This document shows positions 47,213-58,139 of a DNA stretch of 64,000 nucleotides, piece by piece. The stretch comes from Podarcis cretensis (Eukaryota), in contig OX638153.1 in NCBI GenBank assembly GCA_951804945.1, positions 19,406,001 through 19,470,000 on the forward strand, given 5' to 3'. A program made the translations under genes and the position numbers. Each line of letters starts with the position of its first letter. Position 1 is the stretch's first letter. The notes beneath the pieces are model-generated. The model did no database searches. It was not told the origin of the DNA and worked only from the letters and a program-made list of their open reading frames with translations.

Positions 47213-49858
47213 GTGAAATATATATAAACACCTTGGTCTGCCTAACTGAGGTAAGACATTTGTTAAGGTACTTCTACAACAATTAGCTAACTGAAATTAG
47301 GTCTTGAAGATACATACAACTTTAAATAGTTCAATCTAAAATGCGTTCAAATGTGTGTTATTGATACAGTAATAAGATAGGATCTTTGCAGTATTGAGTC
47401 CCAGCCTATGTTGTGTTAGCATTGTTTCCATTTTTAGTGGTTATCATATGCTCCATCAAAAGACCTGAAAAGGGATAACTAACTACTTTGTTTTTTCCCT
47501 TATGTTTCTATTAGGAAAAACCTTGTGCATTGTGGATTCAGGCATCGCTTCCAGCTCCCTTCCACCTTTTCTCCCTGTTTGTTAAGAGCTCCTGTAAGCT
47601 AATTGATGGTGACCTCTTCAGAGAGTTAAAAGGTAATTATTTTCCCGTTTAGGTGTTCTGCCTGTTAAGTTTCTTCCTGTTAAGTTTTCTCATGGGGCAG
47701 GGAAGAGGTCTAGATTAGTTTGTCTGTGCAGAAATTTTTATTCATACGTCACTTCTGAGCTTACATTAATTGCTGCCCCTCCCTTTACAATATTTAATGT
47801 TTTTTATGTATTAGGAGGCAGTGCTCTTGATACATTTTGTACACACATTCCAGTTTGTATTCCTTGCATGGACAGCATTCCTTTCAAGGGCTAGGATAGA
47901 CATAATGCTGGGAGATCATTCAGAATCATGTGGTTCCTGCTCTCCTCTTCTCCTCTCCAGCAAAATATTTTCTCTGCTGGTTCTAACTAGATGTCCTTAA
48001 CTAGCTTCCAATCCTAGCTAAGGGGAACCCTGGTGAACATTTTTCATGGTTAGCTGAGATGCTGATGTAAATCTTAAGTGGACAAGAGGCACTTACCTCT
48101 TCCCAAAGCCTGCTCCCAATATCTTAAGCAGGGTGGTGAGTAGTGGTAGTTATTACTTCAGTTTGCATGCTACTTTTCCACACAAATCTTCCAAAAGTGA
48201 CTCACAACACATCAGCAGCCATACAACAACAAAACGAATACAATATTATAGTGAATAGTCTTATACCAACTCACTTCAAAACATATAACATCCAAATATA
48301 CAGTTCATTCTTATTGATTAGAAACAGAATCATATAACAAAATAACACTGCCTTCCAAAATATTTGGTCCAGAATAAACTCATCAAACTTTTTCTCATAA
48401 AACTATATCCCCCTTCACATATATTTGAAGGTCAAGGAAGGCCCACTAAATATCTTTACATTTATTCAGAATTTCTCTTTTTATACAAGTCATTTTCTCA
48501 TTGGTGGCAAATTCCTTAAAAAAATATTTGCTTCAGGATTTGTAAAGAAAAAGTTGTGTTTTTCTTTAGACATGTGACAGGGCAACTTACTTTCCTTTTA
48601 ATACCTTGCAAGGTCAGCAAATCAAACTTCGAATTATGAGCAATTTGCTTAGTAGTGGGATCTTCTGCTGATACTTACATCTTCATAGATGTAACCACAA
48701 TTTATAGAACCACAATTTATAGAAGTTAAAATGCAAAAAAGCAATCAGCAAAATAAAACATTACAAACAAAATTCAATTACAAAAAGACAAGCAGAATAA
48801 TTAGCAGCAAAGCAAATATTATCTGAAACGAAAGAACAACTTTACAAGTATAAGTTAAACACAAAAATACGAAAAAGAAATCCAGGTATAAAGTATCATT
48901 AGCAACTAGACAAAATAACTGAGCAGAAACTACAACCTACTCCTGTCCCAGAGTAACATATCTCAAACACATCCTTAGCATTCTCTTACATACAATGCAC
49001 ACTCTCAACAGTCACAGACTGTTTCCTCTACTAGCCACTGACATGAATTGCGAATGCATGTAAAGTGAGCTAATAATTATTTTTGTTGGCTATTTAACTT
49101 TGGTGCACTTAATTTCCGTAGCTAACCCACCCATTTATCATTGCCGTCCTTCTCCACTTTGCCCCTCTGAAGCCTTTGCAGGCTCTTAACTGCAGATGTG
49201 CTTCTGTCTTCAAGTGTATGGCATTCCCATTTTGTAGGCAAGATGTGTATTTTATGCCTGATTATACTGGGCAGGTGTTTTTTGTGAGGGATGTTCTCAA
49301 GGGTACCAGAGGGGAATCCTGGATTTGACACTTGGTTTTCCACAAGGGTCCTTCTGAAAATCCTGTCCATAATCCTTTCCAAGCATTAAGAAGCATTCCT
49401 TTTAACCGTTTGCAATATTGGGAAGGAAAGAGCAACACTTCTGGTAATAAGGGAAGTAATTTGTAATTGTGCACTTTTGGTAGGATATATATATATATAG
49501 TACCATATAGAATAAATATTATTACCACCCCAACACACTTTGGGTGTCAAGTTGCATAGAAGCAGGTGAATATGGAAAAGTCTTTCCTGCTTGGTTCACA
49601 GTGAAGAAGATGGGAAGTGAGGAAAAATATTATTCAGCCTCTTATAGCTGGTCATTTGTGTACTAGAACAGAGCACCAGACTTTATAGGACTAGCCCTTC
49701 TTTGAGAAGCATTTGGGAACCAGCTGGCCAATTGAAGGCTTCTTCCAGAGCCAACTGGATTTCCCTGAAGCTCATGCCATGTAATTACCTGTCTGTTGCT
49801 TTGTCTCTTACTTCCTTATGCAAGAATGTGTGCCAAATTTGCAGGGGACTTAATCTGC

Positions 49859-49900
<42 letters not shown>
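49859..49900. repeat. (AG)n microsatellite
   Basis: Direct reading. Confidence 0.97.
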
Positions 49901-50753
49901 GGAGGGAGAAGGGAAATATGTCCCTCCCTTTCTCACACTCTTAAAACAAAAACAAAAAAAGCACCCACCACCCAATTGATCCCCAAAGTCTTGACTAAAA
50001 ATACAAGGTTCTTTCTGCTTTAGTCAGGTAGTCCATGAACCACAGAGACTGGAAGGAGCTGAAAAGGTTTGGGAGGAAAGGGAGGAAAAATGCTGATCTG
50101 AAGGAGCAAATTTGTAAGACAAATTCATTCAGACTGGAGCTGTGTCTGGAATTGGTAACTAGATGAGTGAGTGTGCATGTCTGGGCTGATCTGCGTACCT
50201 GGGTGGCAGCTCTTGCAAAAATCTAGCATCACCAGGAAAGTTCATTTCTAGTTCTTGGGTCCTTTGAAGCTGCCGCAAAAATCATGCAGGTGAGACTATC
50301 CACACTTTTGAGCTTCTGGTGCCTGGTTTACTAGTTTTTCTAACCAGGGTCCCTCCAGTTCTCTGGCATTCTGACAATACTGCTTATTTGAAATCCTATA
50401 TACAACTAGCAAGTTCATTGTTCAAGTGAGGATTCTTATGTAGCCAAAGTGGCTAGGGATGCAGAGAGGAATTAGCAGTTCACAAAACAATATACAACCT
50501 GAGATCTTTCAAAATTTGCGCTTTTCCAAATTTTGCAGTGCAGTTCTCCAATCAAAAAGTGTGTGCTAGAAATCATGTATTAGGGGAAAGTGCACATAAG
50601 AATTCATGTATTGTACATACAGAGTTCAATAGATTATGGGAAAGTGTGTATAGAGGGAGAAATATAGCCTAAAAGGCTGGTGCATTTTCAGGTCAGCTTT
50701 TTAAACAAAACAATTGCAGACTGATTGATTGAGCAGGGATATAAGTAAGGTGG

Positions 50754-51114
50754 GGGACGCGGGTGGCGCTGTGGGTAAAACCTCAGTGCCTAGGACTTGC
50801 CGATCGCATGGTCGGCGGTTCAAATCCCCGTGGCGGGGTGAGCTCCCGTCGTTCGGTCCCAGCTCCTGCCCACCTAGCAGTTCGAAAGCACCCCCAAGTG
50901 CAAGTAGATAAATAGGTACTGCTTTATAGCAGGAAGGTAACGGTGTTTCCGTGCGCTGCGCTGGTGCTGGCTCGCCAGAGCAGCTTCATCACACTGGCCA
51001 CGTGACCCGGAAGTGTCTTTGGACAGCGCTGGCTCCCAGCCTCTTAAGCAAGATGAGCACGCAACCCCAGAGTCGGACACGACTGGCCCATATGGGCAGG
51101 GGTACCTTTACCTT
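50754..51114 (+). mobile_element. Full-length young Sauria SINE
   Basis: gggacgcgggtggcgctgtgg head, ggttcaaatccc B box, (ACCTTT)n tail, many intact CpGs; perfect 14-bp TSD tataagtaaggtgg. Confidence 0.93.
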
Positions 51115-51259
51115 TATAAGTAAGGTGGTCCGTGAGATACCCTGGATCCAAGTTGTTAAGGGCCTTCTAAATAAATGCAAGAACCATGAGCCTGGCCTGG
51201 TAGCATAGGGGCAGCCTGTGCAAGCTTTTGGGCACTAGTGTTGTGTGCTGGCAATAGAC

Positions 51260-51396
51260 CAGGCATAGGCAAACTCCAGCCCTCCAGATGTTTGGGACTA
51301 CAACTCCCATCATCCCTGACCACTAGTCCTGTTAGCTAGGGATGGTGGGAATTGTAGTCCCAAAACATCTGGAGGGCCGGAGTTTGCCTGTGCCTG
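51260..51396. mobile_element. Palindromic hAT MITE
   Basis: caggcataggcaaactcc...ggagtttgcctgtgcctg; perfect 8-bp TSD caatagac. Confidence 0.92.
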
Positions 51397-51409
51397 CAAT
51401 AGACTCTTC

Positions 51410-51830
51410 ATATCTAGCCACAACGTTTTGCATCAGCTCCCCCCCCCCCCCAGCACATTGCAAAAAACCTTGAGGCTACCAATGCAGGAATCACCATGGC
51501 CAGGCTATCCCTGTTCAAGAGTGGCCATAATTGGCATGCCAAAACAGCACTTCTAGTCACCAAGTCTACCTGAGCCTCCAGCGACAAAGATGGCTCAAGG
51601 GGGATGCCTAAACTGCCCATCTAGAATATGGACTGTCCAGTCTCCCAGACACAGGATCCACCAATCCACAGTGCCTCCATTTCCCCAGGGTTCAAGCTCA
51701 GTTTTCCGGCCCTCATCCAGTTCACCACTGTTTGCGGACTATGGTCCACATCATGGACAGCCTCTCCTGACCCAGATGTTATGGAGAAGCAGAGCTGTAT
51801 GTCAGCATTGTATTGTATTGTGGCGGTGGC
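51410..51830 (-). mobile_element. Degraded L2 RT fragment
   Basis: Frames give YNADIQLCFS...WMRAGKLSLNPGEMEAL (YADDTQLY...WM..NKLxLNPxKTE) and LSLEAQV...LVASR. Confidence 0.75.
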
Positions 51831-53178
51831 GTGTGTGTTTGGGTGTGGAGAATCTGAAGGAGCAGGCAGCAGAAACCTCTTGAGACATTTGGCTGAGCTG
51901 CTGCGCTTCCATAGCGCACATGTGAGCAAGCAGCAGCCCTATGGCCACATCTTCCCTCAGCGTAATCTGAAAAATGGTGGCTGTGGGTGAGAGAGGTGGC
52001 AGAGATGAAGAGAGAAGTGGCAGAGCGTGAAAAGGGCTGATCCTGCCCAGTGCTTGTATGTAGCACTCTACCAACTGACAGATTACCCCCTGAAAAAATA
52101 TGGCCCTTGATGAAGACAAGGGTGCCAGTCCCTGTCACAGGATGATCTGGGAAACAGATGGCATATGCAGGGGACTTAAATGTATCCGTACACTATTAGG
52201 AGGGACATTTACCATTTTTACCATCATAAGTACTTTGTTCAGAATTTTAAAAAAATCACTATCTTTCACTTTTTAAAAACACAAATGAAGTATTTTCTTC
52301 TTCTTAACCTTCGTTTATATCTCTGCAATCTCCAAACTGAAAGGTGATACTGCTTCTAGCTAACATATTTTAGGTGTGTGACACTCTGGTATGTTAAGCA
52401 GTGTCTCTAATAACTTATCTTTTGGTGTGGTAAGCCTGCTTTGTTTGTGTTTTTCTGTGCTGTTACATAAATCAAGTGCAGCGTTCCAAAAGCTTAGAGC
52501 AGTCTTTCAGCAGGATATTTACTTAGTGTTTGGATTTTATTTTAAACCAAACCTTTGAGATAAGTTTGAAGTTGAAATTCCTAATTGGGCAAGCACAAAC
52601 CATTTCTGAGGGCACTTGCAGCAGTGTAGGGCTGTCTTCTCAGTGATCATTTGCCGATAAGAACAAATATTTATGCTTGAGTTGGGTGTGCGGTTTAAGG
52701 TCACCATTATGTATAGACAGCTAGCATTTGCATAGTGTTTTCTCTACGAAGTGAAACTTGTAAAAACTTGTAAAATTCAGAATTCAAGCCTGATAGAAAT
52801 TCCACAAGCATCACCATAAGATTAGCTTTGCTGCATATGGGAAGTACCATATAAGCTTTGCTAAGATCCTTGGCAAATTTCAGTCCCTTGCCGTGACCTA
52901 GTTATTTCGTTGCTTTCCATTGCTAAGAATGTGCTATGTATTTTTCCTTTGCTGCTCATCTTTAAAATAAGGGATGTATGGCACCACTCCCACAAGCTAA
53001 ATACTTCACTAGTCTTCTTGATTTTCTTTTTTTGCTTCCCTTTTAAATTCCTAAAAGGTTTCATCTAAGCAGGAGTCTCCAAATTTGACTCAAAAACACT
53101 TTAGCTAAAGCTGGTGGCATTTTCTATTGAGAGTGATCCACAGATCACTAGACTGCCATTGTCTTGTACCTACTAACA

Positions 53179-53561
53179 CAGGGGTCCCCAAACTAAGGTC
53201 CGCGGGTCAGATAAGGCCCGAGGGACTCATTTATTCGGCCCACGGCAACTGCCGCTGCCCCCTCTTACTGGTGCTGCGCCTCGCGGCTGTCCACTTCCAG
53301 GTCGGAGGAGCACCGGAAATAGCTTGTGCACATGCACAAGCGTTATTTGCACATGCACAAGTGTTATTTCAGGTGCACATCTGGGTCGGAGGAGGCCCTT
53401 GCACATGCGCACAAGCTATTTCTGGTGCTCCTCCGACCTGGAAGTGCACCGGAAATAGCTTGTGCACACGCGTATGGATACACGCTCCACTGCTCTCCAG
53501 CCCACTGTGCAATCGGCGCTGGAGACACCAGTCCAAGGCGCAGTAGGTTTGCTGACCCCTG
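53179..53561. mobile_element. hAT (Charlie-like) MITE with internal palindrome
   Basis: caggggtccccaaac...gtttgctgacccctg; perfect 8-bp TSD tactaaca. Confidence 0.92.
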
Positions 53562-55374
53562 TACTAACAGGTATAAGCGTAACTGTGGTTAACAAGAAGA
53601 TGAGCTCTGAGCTGGGAAGTCCCTGGCCAGAACCTTATTTGGATGCAAATGTACCAGGTGGCCTTGGATAAAAGCAGCTGTTGACCCAGTTCACACACAA
53701 TGCTAAGGTAAATCATGCCTTAGCAAGAACTAGCAAATGTGTAGGCTCCCAAAATGAAGGTTGTGACTACTGCACCCTTTCCCCCTCCTGCTGCAGCTAT
53801 GTTATCCAAGGCTAAGCTATGGTTAGTCTTAGAATTATGCTCTAACCCAATCTTGTGTTTTGTCTCATTCCAGACATACATATCACAAGCAGGAAACCAA
53901 AGTTTATTCTTTGTTCACAGCTCTTGGTTCGTTCTGGAGAGACAAACTATTAGTTGCTAATCTATCCCATGGCTTCCCTCCAGGCACAGAAGGGTCTGTT
54001 TTCCTGAGGTTGCACTGAGCCTCAGCCAGGCATTTCACTGCTTTCTGAATATCTCTGGGGCTCAGTACAACAGGGGGTGAGCCCATTCCCCTTTCAGCTG
54101 GAGAGTAAAGTAGGGAGAGACTTGCCCTTGTGATTGTACTGGGTCCTGGCCATGTTGAAATGCCTCCAAAGCTCAGTGTGATGTGATCTGCCCACCTTGA
54201 ATACTGGAGGCAGCGTGAGTGGTGAACACAGGCCTTGGTCAGCTCCCAAAGCCAGCCATAATTTGCAGCACTTTGCCTACAAGTCTATTGATTACTAAGA
54301 TAATATTTGTAGCTTTTGCAATTGCAATGTATCATATGATTTTTTGTTAATGAATTAGAAGTGTAGATCTGTATACGTGTCCTGTGGTGTGTGTGATATA
54401 TAGATCACAGCACTACAGGCAGTGTCTACCCTGAATCCATGACTAGGGAAAACAAAACTGTGGAGATTAAATAGGCAAGTTTCTTTTCCTTTATCACCCA
54501 TAGAGGTCTGTCTTGATTATTCTTTCTTTCCAGTACAAGATAAATATGCAGTTCTGATGGAATCTGCATGGTGAAAAACATCACTCCAACTGTGGTCTAT
54601 ATATGAGCTGGAGAAGTTTGTGTACTTAAGTTGCCTGCTTTGTTCTTTATAGGAGAGGGATCACAGGAAGGAAATAATGTGTATGTCCATCATCTGTCCC
54701 CAGTTACTCTCATCAATTTGTGACACAACAACTCCTATAGCATGGGAATGGAGAAAGAGAGAAATAATTTCTTAATCCTGCTGCTGACACGATATGTCAT
54801 TTTGTAACGAGATGCCAGCAGTGCTGAATTCAAAGGCAGCAACTGAGTTTTGTTCACCATTTAAGTCGCCTGGCTTGAGCCCCATAGTTTCCTAAATTCT
54901 ACTGTGTGGTTTTTCATTTGTGATACAGAGTTTATAGCCATTTCCTTGTATAAAAGCACTGCCATGAAAGAAGAGGTCATAGTTTCTTGGTGAGTAACCT
55001 CCAATTTTCCGCACATCAAAAAAATAAAAGAATGTAGGAGGCCTGTTTTAGGATTCCAACCCCCCCCCCCACTTTATTATTTACTTTCAGAGAGCATGAG
55101 GGCAGTTCATATGGGATTTTCAGTGGTCTCCTATCCAGGCACCAGGTCAGCCATGCTACAGCAGTGGGTACTCCTGCAATATGCAGAGTAAAAAAATAAA
55201 AAAGTTTTTTTTAAAACACATCTGCTTTAGGCATGACATTGTCATAAAGCCAGCACTGGTTAAAGTGTTCGATCAATCAGAAGTTCAGTGAGTTGCTTTG
55301 GGTAAGCTCCTGTCTCTTGACCTGTTGTATTTCACAGGGTTGCTAGCATAACATGGGATAAGACCTGTTTCAGG

Positions 55375-55645
55375 CAGGGGTATCGCTAACCTGTTGCCCT
55401 CCAGATGTTGGACTAAAACTCCCATCATCTTTGAACTCTGGTCATGCTGGCTGGGACTGATGGAGTCCAACATCTAGATCAGGCTTCCTCAAACTCGGTC
55501 CTCCAGATGGTTTGAGACTACAATTCCCATCACCCCTGACCACTGGTCCTGCTAGCTAGGGATCATGGGAGTTGTAGCCCAAAAACATCTGGAGGGCCGA
55601 GTTTGAGGAAGCCTGATCTAGATGACCATAGATTGGCTACCTCTG
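55375..55645. mobile_element. Older palindromic hAT MITE hosting a younger relative
   Basis: caggggtatcgctaacctg...ccagatgttggact...aacatctaga|tgaccatagattggctacctctg. Confidence 0.7.
55480..55615. mobile_element. Palindromic hAT MITE, nested
   Basis: caggcttcctcaaactcgg...ccgagtttgaggaagcctg; perfect 8-bp TSD atctagat. Confidence 0.93.
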
Positions 55646-57520
55646 GTCTAAGAAACAAAACTGAATCGGGAAGTTCACATATTCCTCTGCCATGGAAGAC
55701 AGCCGCCTCCCGTCTCCACTTCCTGTCTGAAATATGACAGTAACAAACTTTACCTACCTTACAGCGTTATTGGAAGGATTACAACGCAATACTGTATGTG
55801 AAGTTTCTTGAACATTCAAAAGCATTTACCCGTATACCTTAAACATTATCTCTTCACTAGAAATATACCACCTTTCATGTAAGTATCTTTGTGTGTACAT
55901 CACATTAAAAACTTCAAAGATGTACAGTGAAACAACAAATGGGGAAACAATGATCAGAAAAAATGTCTGCGTGAAACATTTTTATAACCTGCGGTATGTT
56001 GGGATAAACTGCTAGGAAAGATGGGTGGGATACAAATGCAACAGATAGAGAGAGCTTCTGATGTTTTTTTTCTGGATTCATAGATGTGCTGGTGCAGAGC
56101 CAATGCGAGTTTCCTTTTAACTGCAGCTATGAGGTTGGGAATGAGCGGCAGGAGTATGAGCTCCTTCTCTTTCTTCCCCTTCCCTCACAAACGCAGGTAA
56201 AGGACACATCAGTATTTATATTTGCCAAGGCTAAGACCAGATTGGGCTTCCATTTAAGTAGGATTCAAAGGCATGGTTTAATACTAGTTTTGAATCCTAG
56301 TTCAATGGGACTCCTGGTTATCCCAGGAGCTAATGTTGATACCAATGTATCCTGTAACCACAGTTAAGAAGGGGCCACTGCTAACACTTGTTGTGGCCTT
56401 AAAATTGTCTAACTTGCTGTTTGGCAGAAGCTGGCCTAGGCTGTCTCTAGAGGAACAGGATAAGGTTGCATCTGCTTGGGAATATTCCCATGGTACTGCA
56501 CTATATAAAGTCTTCTGAGACAAGCATGATACTGCACTATAAAGACTTTAAAGTGCAGTACCATGCGTGTCTCATCAGAATGTCCCATTGTAGAGCATAT
56601 TACCTTAGAAAGTGTTTGTTAAGTCTGCAGCCATGCCAAAGCAACACTGTTGTCCTTACACTGATGCAACACTGGCGTAACTTAGTCATCATCCTACACA
56701 TGCTCACCGCAAAAGCCGAGAGAAAACTGCTGCTACAAAAAGCACAGACTCAAACAACAAAGGCCACACCCTGTGGCAACGCTGCTGGAACAGCAGCAGG
56801 CTGAAACAACTGCTGCCTCCATGGCAACATTCCTGGTGCCCCCCAGTCATGGGCTGGCATGACAATGTTGGCCCTGTATGAGGCAGCTAATGTAGGAGCC
56901 AATATACTCACAGGGATAGGATTTATCCCAGTCCCATTTCACACGTAACACATAGCCCACTAGGCACAGCAAAATCGCAGTGCTCTGCATAACAGAAACT
57001 GCCATGGCACAGGCAGCATGAACTCAGCGACTGAAAGCAAAGCGCAACACCTGCATGACCTCTTTTGACACACAGATCTGAGGCCAAGCTGTTTTTCTCC
57101 AAGCGAAGGTACATGTAAGGGTATGGCAAGTCGAAGCAGTGGTTGGGACAGGGTGCCTGGCATTCAGCCACAGTTTGCTTACATACCAGTGAGAGTGCAT
57201 CCCCACCCTTGGTCTCCGTTGTGGGAAACACATATCCCAGCTGTTTGATTGTTTCACTCATGCCAGCGATAGCTCACCTGTGTGCAATACCCATTCAGCA
57301 TGTTTGCCACACTTTTTGCACATTGTAGTGTCGGGGAAAAGAGATATAGGAGACTTTTGAAGCCACAATACCTTGAAGCATAGAATTCCTCCTTCCTTTC
57401 TTTGTCTATGAGGGGTCCCAGCAACCAAGTTCTCCCTTGTGTCATGTTGGGAAGGTGCAATGCTGACCACTGCTGGGGTAGCCTAGAAAAAAACAGTCAT
57501 CTGCTGTCTATATAGATATA

Positions 57521-58139
57521 CCATATTTTTTGCCCCATAGGACGCACTTTTTCCTCTCCACAAATGAATGGGAAATGTGTGTGCGTCCTATGGGGCGAAT
57601 GCAGGCTTTCTCTGAAGCCTAGAGAGCAAGAGGGGTCAGTGCGCACCGACCCCTCTCACTCTCCAGGCTTCAGGAAGCTATCCGCAAGCCTTGGGAGCCC
57701 GCGGGAGTTCCCGCCGGGCTCCCAAGGTTTGCAGACAGCAGCCTGCAGCCCGAAACCCGGGGAGCGCAGGGGAGCGCACCCCGGGCTTCAGGCAGCTCTC
57801 CGCAAGCCTTAGGAGCCCGGCGAGAGTTCCTGCTGGGCTTCCCAGGCTTGCAGATAGCAGCCTGCATCCCGAAGCCTGGGGCACGCTGAGCAGTGCACCC
57901 TGGGCTTCGGGCAGATACCTGCAAGCCTGGGGAGCCCCGTGGGAACTTCCTGCGGGGCTCCCAAGGCTTGCGGATAGCAGCCTGTTCTGGGGGCTGGGGT
58001 CGGGGAAAGCTCGGGCTTTCCCCGCCCCAGCCCTGCGCCTGGGGGGGAAATAATTTTTTTTCTTTATCCCCCCCCCCAAAAAAAAACCACACTAGGGGCA
58101 CCCTATGGGCTGGTGCGCCCTATAGGACGAAAAATACGG
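57521..58139. mobile_element. Tc2-like MITE with about 118-bp GC-rich hairpin repeats
   Basis: ta-ccatattttttgccccataggacgcac...cctataggacgaaaaatacgg-ta; units start near 57667, 57785 and 57904. Confidence 0.9.

Noticed and set aside
57660-57990. CRISPR-like repeat-spacer array
   Set aside because: Eukaryotic context, no unique spacers, no cas genes; these are internal MITE repeats
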